A DNA stretch of 64,000 bases from a bacterium (GTDB lineage: Bacteria; UBA8248): the NCBI GenBank assembly GCA_963692865.2, contig OY843592.1, forward strand, positions 1,920,001 to 1,984,000, written 5' to 3'. The notes beneath the pieces are model-generated. The model saw nothing but the letters and a program-made list of their open reading frames with translations. It ran no database searches and was not told the origin of the DNA. Positions 43,057 to 55,123 of this stretch are shown piece after piece (the stretch's first letter is position 1; each line of letters opens with the position of its first letter). The translations under genes were made by a program, and so were the position numbers.

Positions 43057-43404
43057 GTGAACATTATCGACAAGATCGAGCGCGAGGGCATGCGCAAGGA
43101 CGTTTCCGAATTCGAGCCGGGAGACACGGTGCGCGTTCACGTGAAAATCGTGGAGGGCGACAAGGAGCGCATCCAGGTCTTCGAGGGCGTCGTCATCGGC
43201 AGGCAGGGCGGCGGGCTTCGCGAGAGGTTCGTCGTTCGCAAACTCTCCTACGGAATCGGTGTGGAGCGCATATTCCCGGTGCATTCCCCCAGAGTCGACA
43301 AGATAGAAGTTACCCGCAAAGGCCGCGTTCGCCGCGCGAAGCTCTACTACCTGAGGGACCGCAAGGGCAAGGCCGCCCAGGTGAAGGAGAAGCGCTGGAG
43401 GTAG
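43057..43404 (+). CDS. rplS: 50S ribosomal protein L19
   Basis: [27 protein letters not shown]. Confidence 0.98.
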   Translation: MNIIDKIEREGMRKDVSEFEPGDTVRVHVKIVEGDKERIQVFEGVVIGRQGGGLRERFVVRKLSYGIGVERIFPVHSPRVDKIEVTRKGRVRRAKLYYLRDRKGKAAQVKEKRWR

Positions 43405-43423
43405 GGAGTTTTAGCTTCAAAAC

Positions 43424-43462
43424 AAAAAAGCCCCGGGGCAAAGTCCCGAGGCTTCTTTCTTG
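43424..43462. terminator. Bidirectional terminator between rplS and the convergent hydrolase gene
   Basis: A-tract, AAGCCCCGGG..CCCGAGGCTT stem, T-rich tail. Confidence 0.7.
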
Positions 43463-43472
43463 TTCTCTCCGC

Positions 43473-44462
43473 TCAACCTTCCAGAAAATTCTGCACCTCG
43501 CTGTAGAGGGCCTCGCGGCACCATTCGTACTGGGCGAAGTGCGTGGCGTCTCCCAGCGTGATGGAGCGCTTCCCGCGGCTGTTCGCGAGCGCGCGGTAGA
43601 CGGCGGCGAAGACGGGGTCGGTCGAGCTTCTGTCGTGGTCTCCCCGGATGGTCAGGACCGGGCAGGTGATCCTGCCCGCGTCGTAGAGCGGCTTGTTGCG
43701 CGCGCGGTCGTAGCTGTCCGCCATGGCGCCGTTGGGCACGCGGACGGCGGGCGTTTTCCGCTTGGCGCCCTCGGGGTCGAACTTCTGCTGTTCGCTCCAG
43801 AAGCGCTTGATGGCCGCCTCCGTCCGCCACTTCGCGTGCCGGCCCTTCGGGATGCTCCCGTCCCAGCGCTCGCGCTGGTAGCTTTCAGTCACCCAGCGCC
43901 ATGCCCCCTTGCGGGGGTCCCAGCGTCCGGGCCGCGCGGGGTCCTCTTGGAGCGCCGCCGCCTGCGGGTTGTCGTAGGCGTAAAAAGGCGCGTAGAGCGC
44001 GAGGCGGCGGACTCTTGCCTGCTTCCCGGCGGTGAAGGCGGCCGTCGTCGTCGTGCCCCACGACCAGCCGAGGAGGTTGAGCTTCCCGATGTCGTTTTGC
44101 CCGCAGATGAACCTGACGGCGGCGTCGATGTCGCGCACCGCGGTGATTCCCCGCACGGCCGGCGGCCGGCCGGCCGGGCTTCTGAGCATCTCGGGCGGGC
44201 GCGTGGAGGGGCCGTAGCCCCGGATGCACAGCGCGTAGACGTGAAAGCCGCGGGAGGCGGCGAAGTCCATCCACGAGTAGCCGGGGAGCGGCAGGTCGAA
44301 GGCGACGGGCGCGGGCGTGCTTTGCCCGTGCGCCATGAGCAGCGTGCCGGCGGCTTCGGACTTCTCCATCCCGCGCGGTTTTTTCTCTCTCAGGTGCAGC
44401 TTGACGCCTTCGTCGTGCGAATCGATGAGGTGGTCTTTTCGGAACAGCTTGGGTTTGGCCAA
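43473..44462 (-). CDS. Alpha/beta hydrolase
   Basis: HG oxyanion motif, RGYGPS, GWSWG nucleophile elbow, C-terminal D and H. Confidence 0.88.
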   Translation of the reverse strand: MAKPKLFRKDHLIDSHDEGVKLHLREKKPRGMEKSEAAGTLLMAHGQSTPAPVAFDLPLPGYSWMDFAASRGFHVYALCIRGYGPSTRPPEMLRSPAGRPPAVRGITAVRDIDAAVRFICGQNDIGKLNLLGWSWGTTTTAAFTAGKQARVRRLALYAPFYAYDNPQAAALQEDPARPGRWDPRKGAWRWVTESYQRERWDGSIPKGRHAKWRTEAAIKRFWSEQQKFDPEGAKRKTPAVRVPNGAMADSYDRARNKPLYDAGRITCPVLTIRGDHDRSSTDPVFAAVYRALANSRGKRSITLGDATHFAQYEWCREALYSEVQNFLEG

Positions 44463-44544
44463 CGTATCTTCTCCAGTCGGTGTTTACTCGGGTTCGAGGA
44501 ATGTCCCCATATTCTCAGATTTTCAGGCCGCCCCCAAGCCCAAA

Positions 44545-44854
44545 GGTTGTTGAATAACCCCAATCAGTGAGGAACTACTCCCCCCTTGAGGGGGAGTCGA
44601 AGAGGCCGAGTCCTTCGGACGAAGGCCGATTCAGTGGGGGGAGCTTTTGACTTTGTTAGAATTGTCCCCCACCGATTCGGTTTCGGGTTTTCACCCTCAC
44701 CTCATCGACTCCCCCTCAAGGGGGGAGTGATTTTTAATGCCACAAGAGGGTAGCACACCCCTCTCCCCGGTCGGGTTCAACCCCCAACCCTCTTGTCCCC
44801 CCTTGTCGGGGGGTAGAAGCCATGACCCCCCGACGGGGGTTTGTCAACAATCCC
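44545..44854. mobile_element. TIR-bounded composite cassette C
   Basis: GGTTGTTGAATAACCCC ... GGGGTTTGTCAACAATCCC enclosing two palindromic repeat families; no flanking direct repeat seen. Confidence 0.6.
44577..44728. repeat. ~150-bp palindromic repeat with ACTCCCCCCTTGAGGGGGAGTC terminal arms
   Basis: Inverted arms with internal GTGGGGG/CCCCCAC stem; related copies at 37253-38904 (interrupted by the IS) and 51596-51785; fragments at 32454, 45994 and 51382. Confidence 0.8.
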
Positions 44855-44931
44855 GCGGATGGCGGGTTTGCCTTGAGAACTCTCCTGTTCACCGATATAT
44901 TGGGGCAATCCACCGCCCATAATGGTCTTTC

Positions 44932-45534
44932 ATGTATTCCATCGAACGCGAACTCGTGGGCGAAGGCGCCTCGCCCGTCGCAGGCGTGGACGAGGCCGGT
45001 CGCGGCCCCCTGGCGGGGCCGGTGGTGGCCGCCGCCGTGGTGCTGGACCCGGAGAATCCCGTCGACGGCCTTGCCGACAGCAAGAAACTGTCTGCGCGGC
45101 AGAGGGAGGCGCTCTTGCCCGAGATTCTCGCCAAGGCGCGCGCCGTCGCCCTGGCGGCGGCGGGGCCGCGCGAGATCGAGAGGATCAACATCCTGCAAGC
45201 CTCCCTTCGCGCCATGGCGACCGCCGTGGAGGGGCTTGGAGTAGCGCCCGCGCACGTCCTCGTGGACGGCAACAGGAAGATTCCCATAAATCTCCCGCAG
45301 ACCCCCCTCGTGAAGGGCGATTCGCGCTGCGCCTGCATCGCCGCGGCGAGCGTGGTCGCCAAGGTGTACCGGGACCGGGTGATGGCGCGCATGGAGGAGC
45401 GTTTTCCGGTCTATGGCTTCGGCAAACACAAGGGTTATCCCACGCGCGAGCATCTCGCCGCTCTGGAGCGGTTCGGCCCCTGCCGCATCCACAGGCGCAC
45501 TTTCCGGGGCGTTCCCGCCGTAGTCGGAGCGTGA
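44932..45534 (+). CDS. rnhB: Ribonuclease HII
   Basis: GVDEAGRGPLAGPV, DSKKL, AAASVVAKV.RD, HKGY.T. Confidence 0.97.
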   Translation: MYSIERELVGEGASPVAGVDEAGRGPLAGPVVAAAVVLDPENPVDGLADSKKLSARQREALLPEILAKARAVALAAAGPREIERINILQASLRAMATAVEGLGVAPAHVLVDGNRKIPINLPQTPLVKGDSRCACIAAASVVAKVYRDRVMARMEERFPVYGFGKHKGYPTREHLAALERFGPCRIHRRTFRGVPAVVGA

Positions 45535-45541
45535 GGACGCC

Positions 45542-45901
45542 ATGAGCCGCGAGAGCGGAAAGATCGGCGAAGACGCCGCCGTGAAGTTCCTGCGCCGCCA
45601 TGGGTATGAAATCATCGAGCGGAACTACCGGGGTACGCGCTACGAGGTGGACATCATCGCGCGCGAGGGCGGGGTGTTGTCGTTCATCGAGGTCAAGACC
45701 CGCGCGCCGGGCAAGTCGCTCAGCGGGGCCGAAGCCGTGGGCCGCGAGAAACAGCGCAGAATCGCGCAGGCCGCGCAGCACTACCTGATGACGCATCCCG
45801 GGGAGCAATCGTCCGTCTGCCGTTTCGACGTGGTGCTGCTCGAAGCCGAGCCTGGGAGAAAGCCGGAGGCGAAAGAGTTGATTCGGAATGCGTTCCAGTA
45901 G
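45542..45901 (+). CDS. YraN family (UPF0102) protein
   Basis: GEDAA, EVDII, FIEVKTR, RFDVV. Confidence 0.93.
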   Translation: MSRESGKIGEDAAVKFLRRHGYEIIERNYRGTRYEVDIIAREGGVLSFIEVKTRAPGKSLSGAEAVGREKQRRIAQAAQHYLMTHPGEQSSVCRFDVVLLEAEPGRKPEAKELIRNAFQ

Positions 45902-45927
45902 CGCTACTTTGCGGCCGCATCCCTTCG

Positions 45928-46095
45928 GGCTTGCTGAATAAGCCCCGAAAAACAGGGAATGGATTTCTCTTTAGACCATCCGCTTATGAAATGACTTCCC
46001 CTTTGAGGGGGTTGTTGCCCCCTCCAATCGAGGGTATTCACCGTCATGACGGCAGGGGTCGATTCCGATCGAAAAAGGGGGTTTTTCAACGGCCC
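45928..46095. mobile_element. TIR-bounded cassette D (168 bp)
   Basis: GGCTTGCTGAATAAGCCCC ... GGGGTTTTTCAACGGCCC; flanking direct repeat CCCTTCG (45921-45927 / 46096-46102). Confidence 0.75.
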
Positions 46096-46128
46096 CCCTT
46101 CGACGGGACGGCCGCCTCTCGGTGCGGT

Positions 46129-46908
46129 TCAGGGATTTCGCTCGGCGATCAGGCGCAGGCCCAGAAGGGTCAGGTCGGGGTTGATCAGGTCGAAAACTCC
46201 GTTTTCCTCACCAAAGGCCAGGCTCTGCCCGCCCGTTGCGACGACCTTGGCGCCGCCGCCGAGTTCCGCTTTCATGCGCTCCACGATTTCCCGCACCAGG
46301 CCCCTGTACCCGTAGGCGATGCCGGACTGGATGCTGTGCACCGTGTTTTTCCCGATGACGGAGGGCGGCAGGGCGGTTTCGACCCGCGGGAGGCGGGCCG
46401 TTTTGTCGATGAGCGCCTCAAGAGCGATGCCCAGGCCGGGCGAAATGGCGCCGCCCAGGTATTCTCCCGCAGCGGAAATCGCGTCGAAGGTGATGGCGGT
46501 TCCGAAATCGACGATCACCAGGGGCCCGCCGTAGAGGTGGTGGCCCGCGACGGCGTTCACGATTCTGTCCGCCCCCACCTCGCGGGGGTTCTCGTACTTG
46601 ATGGAGATTCCCGTCCGTATGCCCGGGCCGACGACCAGCGGCTTCACGCCGAAATAGCGTATCGCCATCTCTTCGAGGTTCGGCCCCAGGGGGGGCACGA
46701 CGCTCGCGATGACCACGCGGCCCACGTCCGGCATCCGGTGCTCCCCGAGCCGGAACAGGCCCTCCATGAGGATGGCGAGTTCGTCCGTCGTGCGGCGGGC
46801 CACGGAGCCGAGCCGCCAGCTAGAGAGAAGTTCTTCGCCCTCGAAAAGCCCCACGACGGTCTGCGTGTTGCCCACGTCGATGGCCAGCAAACGGGAGCCC
46901 TGGTTCAT
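46129..46908 (-). CDS. coaX: Type III pantothenate kinase
   Basis: DVGNT, VGADR, DFGTAIT, GGAISPG, ATGG. Confidence 0.96.
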   Translation of the reverse strand: MNQGSRLLAIDVGNTQTVVGLFEGEELLSSWRLGSVARRTTDELAILMEGLFRLGEHRMPDVGRVVIASVVPPLGPNLEEMAIRYFGVKPLVVGPGIRTGISIKYENPREVGADRIVNAVAGHHLYGGPLVIVDFGTAITFDAISAAGEYLGGAISPGLGIALEALIDKTARLPRVETALPPSVIGKNTVHSIQSGIAYGYRGLVREIVERMKAELGGGAKVVATGGQSLAFGEENGVFDLINPDLTLLGLRLIAERNP

Positions 46909-47672
46909 GGGAGTTCCACCTCGCCCGAAGTTATCCTCTCAATCGTGCCGTCCGCTTTTTCGAGCAGCAGGCGGCCCGCCTCGTCTATGCCCTTGTTCTT
47001 TCCAATCAGCGTTTCATCCGCCGCGCGGACGGAGACGCTCTCGCCCAGATTGTCGCACAACCCGAGCCACCGCTCCCGCACGGCGTCGAAACCGCCCGAT
47101 TCATATTCCTTGTACCAGAATGCGATGCGCTCAAGAAGGAGGCGGAGAAGACCCTCCGCGTCGGGAGTCTCTCCTCCCGAGAGAAGAACCGAGGACGCCG
47201 ACTCGCGCAGTTCGGGGGGAAAGTCGGTTTCCCGCGTCGCGAGGTTCACGCCCAACCCTGCGACGACGGCGGGTGGGTGATTCGGGGGTTCCAGGTATTC
47301 GCAGAGGATTCCGCCGATTTTTTTGCCCCTCACCCTCAGGTCGTTCGGCCATTTGAGCCCGACACGAAGCCCCGTCGCCCCGGAAAGTCCCTCCGCCGCG
47401 GCGACGCCGACCAGGAGCGTCAGGCGGGGCGAGGTTTCCGCTTCGCCGCCCGTGGGGAGCAGGACGGAGAAATAGAGTCCGCTCTCGGGTGGCGAGAACC
47501 ACGAACGCCCCCTTCTTCCTCGTCCTTTTGTCTGGGAAATGGCGCGTATCACGAGGCCGCAGGGTTCGCCCCCCCGCGCGCGGGCGGAGACCAGATCGTT
47601 GGTGGAGCCGGCTTCGTCAATCGTTTCGACGCGCCAGGAGAGCGTCTTCTCCTCGGCGCGGGCGGGGCCCAT
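46905..47672 (-). CDS. birA: Biotin-[acetyl-CoA carboxylase] ligase (no HTH domain)
   Basis: GSTN, QTKGRGRRGRSW, KWPND, KIGGILCE. Confidence 0.95.
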   Translation of the reverse strand: MGPARAEEKTLSWRVETIDEAGSTNDLVSARARGGEPCGLVIRAISQTKGRGRRGRSWFSPPESGLYFSVLLPTGGEAETSPRLTLLVGVAAAEGLSGATGLRVGLKWPNDLRVRGKKIGGILCEYLEPPNHPPAVVAGLGVNLATRETDFPPELRESASSVLLSGGETPDAEGLLRLLLERIAFWYKEYESGGFDAVRERWLGLCDNLGESVSVRAADETLIGKNKGIDEAGRLLLEKADGTIERITSGEVELP

Positions 47673-50294
<2,622 letters not shown>

Positions 50295-50297
50295 AAC

Positions 50298-51071
50298 TTA
50301 TTCTCCGCGTTTGATTTTCTCGATTTCTCGAATGACGATTTGCTCTACGATATCGGGGAGTCGTTGCGCCACGACCTCTTCGATGTGGCTGAGCAACGTG
50401 GGGGCGATCTTTTCCGCCGCTTCTTCCAGATGTTTCTCGATGACGGGAGCGAGTGTTTCGCTATCGAGGACGGGCGGGGCGTCGGAAGAGGGTACTTGCT
50501 CCTCATCGTTCCTGGATTCCGCGTCTCCTGCCTCGGCGGGAGCCGCTTCCATTTCTCCGGGCGTTTCTTCCGCAGCCGTGGCGGAAGGAGTTTCAACGGA
50601 TTCCCCTGTGGGGTCTCCTGAAGAGGAGGGCGGTTCCGCCATCCCGGCTTCCGGGGAATCAGGTTCCACCTGCGCTTCGGACTCCGGCGTCGACGCGATA
50701 TGCCCGGGACCGATGATGCGCTCCACTTCGTCGGTAAATACCACCGGCTTGAACGGTTTTTCGATGTTTGCCGTCGCGCCCACTTCCTGGATTTCCTCAT
50801 CGCTGACGCTGTTGCGCGTGCTCGTTAAAACGAGGAGATGTACCTGGGATAAATCCGGTTGTTCGCGCAGGCGGCGGCAAAACCCCAGGCCGTCTGAATG
50901 CTCCATGTCCAGGCTGGCTACGACGATGTCCGGCGGCGCATTTTGCGCGATTTCAAGCGCTTCGTCCGCATTCTCCGCTATCTGGACGTCGACTCCTTTA
51001 TCCCTGTAGGCCAATTCCACGACGCGTTGCACCAGGAGGCTTTCATCGAGGAGAAGCAATTTGGTCGCCAT
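50298..51071 (-). CDS. Pseudo-receiver protein with acidic Pro-rich linker and helical C-terminus (RomR/PopZ-like)
   Basis: Receiver fold with KPF, but PDIVVAS lacks the usual acceptor Asp; P/E/S-rich linker; C-terminal RLPDIVEQIVIREIEKIKRG. Confidence 0.75.
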   Translation of the reverse strand: MATKLLLLDESLLVQRVVELAYRDKGVDVQIAENADEALEIAQNAPPDIVVASLDMEHSDGLGFCRRLREQPDLSQVHLLVLTSTRNSVSDEEIQEVGATANIEKPFKPVVFTDEVERIIGPGHIASTPESEAQVEPDSPEAGMAEPPSSSGDPTGESVETPSATAAEETPGEMEAAPAEAGDAESRNDEEQVPSSDAPPVLDSETLAPVIEKHLEEAAEKIAPTLLSHIEEVVAQRLPDIVEQIVIREIEKIKRGE

Positions 51072-51234
51072 GTGTTCTGTTCCTCGTCCGGGCGTTCGCT
51101 GGATGAGCCGAGTGGAGGATAAGAATCAGGAGTCTGCGCTCAAATATCTTTAGAGTTATCACATTTTCTTGCGCCGGATCACCGATTGACAATCATGCCA
51201 CTACCATAATTCCGGGGTCAACCTGTCTCTATTT

Positions 51235-51991
51235 GGGGTTGTTGAAAAAGCCCCGTCGACATCGCCTTTACCCCTCTGACAAGGGGGGACGGGGGGGTTG
51301 CAGTGACAACTCCGAGGGGGTGTTGAAAAAGTCCTGATTTCTAGATTTATCGTATATAACCGACCGACGAGAGAGGAAAACCACTCCCCCCTTGAGGGGG
51401 TAGTTGAAAAACCTATCCCTCTCGCATCAACCACGTTTTACCCGTAGGGGTCGCATATCATGCGACCCGGCCTTTTCGCCTCTCCGGCGGCGGGCCGCAT
51501 GATATGCGGCCCCTACACCGCCCGTGTTCGACCTCGATGGTCTTGAAATTCACTCCCTCCTCGCGAGCAATACCGATTAACACGCAGTATGGAACCACTC
51601 CCCCCTTGAGGGTCGGTCTTTCCGCCTCGGGAAGACCGACGGCAAGACGAGGACGAAGCCCGAAGTCGCGCCGGTGGGGGGAGTTTTTTATTTTAGAATC
51701 GTTCCCCCCACCGAATCGGCCTTCGCACAAACCGCTCGGCCTCTTCGTCGGGCTTTCCCCTCGGGGAGCCCGACCCTCAAAGGGGCTGTTGAAAAACCCG
51801 GAGAGAGACAGTTTGTTTGTAGGGGCCGCATATCATGCGGCCCGCCTTGTGGAGGCGAAAATCAGGGCCGCATGATATGCGGCCCCTACAATGCCATCGC
51901 GTTTTGCGTAGCAGGACAGACACGGAGACCTGTCCCTACGGGATCATCACGTCGCCGACCGAGGGGATACATGGCCTTTTTCAACAATCCC
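51235..51991. mobile_element. TIR-bounded composite cassette E
   Basis: Left-type TIRs at 51235, 51316, 51397 and 51782; right TIR ending 51991; flanking direct repeat CTATTT (51229-51234 / 51992-51997). Confidence 0.75.
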
Positions 51992-53059
51992 CTATTTGCG
52001 CTGGTATTGGTTCACGGCGCGGCGGTGTTCGCGGTACGTGCGCGAAAATCGATGGCCGCCGTCCTTGGTGGCCACGAAGTACAGATATTTCACCTTGGCG
52101 GGATTCAGGGCCGATTTGATGGATTCCAGCCCCGGGCTGGCGATGGGCCCCGGGGGGAGACCCCGGTGTAGATAGGTGTTATAGGGCGAATCGTACCGCA
52201 AATCCTTTTTGGTGATGTTTCCATCGAAATGGGGCAGCCCGTATATGACGGTGGGGTCGCTCTGGAGGCGCATTCTTCGCTTGAGCCGGTTGATGAACAC
52301 GGCGGCGATGAGCGGACGCTCGCTGCCGAGGGAAGTTTCTTTTTCGATTATCGAGGCGAGAGTGAGCGTCTGGTGCATGGTGAATCCCATCGCTTTCGCC
52401 TGTTCTCTGAGAGCGGGCGAGAATTTCTTGCGCATCGTGCGAACCATGAACTCCAGGATTTTCTTCGACGAGGCGCCCACCGGGAAATGATACGTGTCGG
52501 GGAATGGATATCCCTCGATGGATGCCGCGGGAATATCGAGTTCTCGAAGAAAAGACGGCTCCCGGGAGAGTCTGAGAATTTCCGCTTCATCGGCGAGCTT
52601 GGCGCGCCGGATCGTTCGCGCGATTTCCCGGACGTTGTAGCCCTCGGGAATGGTGAACGTGCGCCGGGCGACCCGGCCCTCCGACAAACGCCGGTATATC
52701 TCTCGCGGCGGCATGGACGCTTTGAGCGCATAGACGCCGGCCTGAATGCTTTTGGCGCCGCCCCTGAGCCTGGCCTGGAGGTGGAAGGACCAGGGGTTTT
52801 GAATCAACCCCTTTTTCTCGAGCAATTCCAGGATTTGGACGAAGGACATACCCGATCGGATGTGGATGTGTTTTGTTTCACCTGCCTGCGGATTCGCGGG
52901 CCGATTGAATTCGGTTTCGAGATATTGATAGCCCATGAAAGCGGCCAGGACGATGGAGGAGAAAAGCGCGACGAGGATTTTCCCGAGCCGCCGCTTGCTG
53001 GAAGGAGGCGATGTTTCCGGCGCATCGGATTCTTCGGGGGGATTTTCTTTTTCAGTCAT
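51992..53059 (-). CDS. mltG: Endolytic transglycosylase MltG
   Basis: TM anchor, TIPEG, EGYPFPDTY, LASIIEKET, LQSDPT, SPYNTY, LPPGPI. Confidence 0.96.
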   Translation of the reverse strand: MTEKENPPEESDAPETSPPSSKRRLGKILVALFSSIVLAAFMGYQYLETEFNRPANPQAGETKHIHIRSGMSFVQILELLEKKGLIQNPWSFHLQARLRGGAKSIQAGVYALKASMPPREIYRRLSEGRVARRTFTIPEGYNVREIARTIRRAKLADEAEILRLSREPSFLRELDIPAASIEGYPFPDTYHFPVGASSKKILEFMVRTMRKKFSPALREQAKAMGFTMHQTLTLASIIEKETSLGSERPLIAAVFINRLKRRMRLQSDPTVIYGLPHFDGNITKKDLRYDSPYNTYLHRGLPPGPIASPGLESIKSALNPAKVKYLYFVATKDGGHRFSRTYREHRRAVNQYQRK

Positions 53060-53495
53060 GGGAAATCGGGCGTTTCATGTTCTGACGGTCGAGGTACGCC
53101 TGCAGTATGAGTTGCGCCGCGATGACGTCGCGCTTTTTCATCTTCCGGCTCCGCTTGACTTCCGTTTCGTTCATTACCCGGTCCGCCTGGGTCGTGCTGA
53201 GGCGCTCGTCCCATTTTTCGACGGGAATTTCGAGGTTGTTCCGCAAAAAATTAATGAGCTTTCTGGTGCGCTTCGCCCTCGACGTGTCCTGGTTCGAGAG
53301 GCCGATGGGGTGTCCCACGACCAGCAGACCGACGCCGCGTTCACGGATGATGCCGCTCATCTCGTCAAGCAGTTGCGCATCACTGCGCCTTTCGATGAGG
53401 CCGAGCGGCTGGGAGGTCAGGCCGAGTGAGTCGCTGATGGCGAGGCCTACCCGTTTCTCGCCGAAGTCCATTCCCAGGATTCGGGGGTGATTCAT
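53052..53495 (-). CDS. ruvX: RuvX/YqgF pre-16S rRNA nuclease
   Basis: GMDFGEKRVGLAISD, VVGHP, WDERLST, D..AA.LILQ. Confidence 0.95.
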   Translation of the reverse strand: MNHPRILGMDFGEKRVGLAISDSLGLTSQPLGLIERRSDAQLLDEMSGIIRERGVGLLVVGHPIGLSNQDTSRAKRTRKLINFLRNNLEIPVEKWDERLSTTQADRVMNETEVKRSRKMKKRDVIAAQLILQAYLDRQNMKRPISHD

Positions 53496-55123
53496 TTTTG
53501 GGGTGTTTTGGCCTTGGCCTCGCCGGGGTAAGACATTTCGATCTGGAATCGATCCAGCGTGGAATGCGTCGCCCTATCCAATGAAGCGAGGGATTTTTGG
53601 TAGTCGATGAGCGCCCGGGTTTCCTGCGTCAGCGCGTTGGCCAGCCTTTCCTGGTCTTCAAGAATGTTTCTGCTCGTCGAGAGGCCGACCCTGAATTTCT
53701 TCTCCTGGGCGTCGAGGCGCTCTTCCGCCAGCCTTCTGGCCACGCGGGTGGCCTCGATTCTTTTTACGTTGACGCGAACCCTGCGCGCGTTGCGGCGCAC
53801 TTCCTCCATGATGGCTTGCTGCGTTTTATGGAAGGAGGCTACCGTTTGGGCGTGCCTGAGCCGCGCCTGGCGGTAGTCCGCCTTTCCTCGCCTGTTTCCG
53901 ATGGGGATGCGGAACGAGACCCCGCCGGAGAAGGTGTATCTCTCGTTTTTGAATTGCTCCTCGAAGGCCTCCCCCTGATCGTCCGCGAGAGCGTTGTTGG
54001 ACGCGGACGCGTTCAGATTGACTTCGGGCAGAAGGTTTTGTCTCGCCACCTTCATGTCGATTTTTCTTTTGTCGATTTCGATGCGGGCGCTTTCCAGCGC
54101 CGCATGCTTGCGCAGGGCGTCGAGCGTGAGTTGCATCTCGTCCACATGCGCCCCCTTGAACTCCGGTTTGTCGCTGGGCTGGATCCTGATGCCCCAGGAG
54201 GAGGGTTTGTCCGCGACGTTCAGCAGCATTTTCAAAGTGTCTTCCCTGTCCTTGACTTCGCGCTCCGCCACGAGAAGGGCTTCTTCGCGGGAGGCGACGG
54301 TGGCTTCCGCCTCCGTTATCTCTATCGGGGCGAGGGTGCCGACCTCTACCTGAATCTTGTTTCGGCGCAACAGGTCCTTCGCGAGATCGAGAGACTGTCG
54401 CCTGAACTCGAGATTCTGGATGGAGAAGACGAGATCCCAGTAGGCTTGCTCCACCGCGTCCACCGTCTGGATGACCTTGCTTCGGTAAGCGTGAAGCGTT
54501 TGTTCTTTCGTGGCCATGGCCACCTTGATTCTGGCCTGGTTGATGTCGATGCCGAAATTCTTGAGCAGGGGCTGTTCGATGGTGAAGGCGAGGCTGGTTT
54601 GATAGCTCGGGTCGAACGTGTTTTGCGGGGAATTCGTGGATTCCCGGATGTTACGCAAGATGAGCGAATACTCGGCGCCCGTGATGATTTTTTGGCGAAC
54701 GCCGGCCGCTATCCCGAGGGTATCGGTTTCGCGTATTCCCCCGGTTGCGTTGAACGCGCTGCTCGCCGATCCGAGTTTGGATTTGCCGACCTCCGTTTCC
54801 ACGAAGGCCTGGGGATCGAAGGCGGAGCGTTCCCTGACGACGTTGCTCTCCGCGATGCCCGGATCGAACCCGGCGATGGTGATGTCGAAATTGCGCGCAA
54901 GGGCGATGCTCACGGCCTCTCGTATGGAGAGCGCAAGGCGAGGCCCCTGGACGGCGGGCGGCGGCACGTTGCTTCGCGGGCGCTCGAAGGAGGTTTCCGC
55001 GGACATGCCGGATTGTGCGGCCGAGGCGGCGTCCGTGAGGCAGGAAGCGGACAGAAACAAGAAAAGCACACCAATGCAAAGAGAAAACGATCTGGGCGGT
55101 CTCATGAACAGTCTTTGCTCCAC
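53492..55123 (-). CDS. TolC-family outer membrane protein
   Basis: Signal peptide, QPLL, VEQAYWDL, two OEP-like repeats. Confidence 0.9.
   Translation of the reverse strand: MEQRLFMRPPRSFSLCIGVLFLFLSASCLTDAASAAQSGMSAETSFERPRSNVPPPAVQGPRLALSIREAVSIALARNFDITIAGFDPGIAESNVVRERSAFDPQAFVETEVGKSKLGSASSAFNATGGIRETDTLGIAAGVRQKIITGAEYSLILRNIRESTNSPQNTFDPSYQTSLAFTIEQPLLKNFGIDINQARIKVAMATKEQTLHAYRSKVIQTVDAVEQAYWDLVFSIQNLEFRRQSLDLAKDLLRRNKIQVEVGTLAPIEITEAEATVASREEALLVAEREVKDREDTLKMLLNVADKPSSWGIRIQPSDKPEFKGAHVDEMQLTLDALRKHAALESARIEIDKRKIDMKVARQNLLPEVNLNASASNNALADDQGEAFEEQFKNERYTFSGGVSFRIPIGNRRGKADYRQARLRHAQTVASFHKTQQAIMEEVRRNARRVRVNVKRIEATRVARRLAEERLDAQEKKFRVGLSTSRNILEDQERLANALTQETRALIDYQKSLASLDRATHSTLDRFQIEMSYPGEAKAKTPQK

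Noticed and set aside
51235-51800. Repeated GTTGAAAAA motifs about 81 bp apart as a CRISPR array
   Set aside because: The repeats are short and degenerate, occur in both orientations at other loci, are irregularly spaced after the third copy, and no cas genes are present; they are better explained as transposon-type ends
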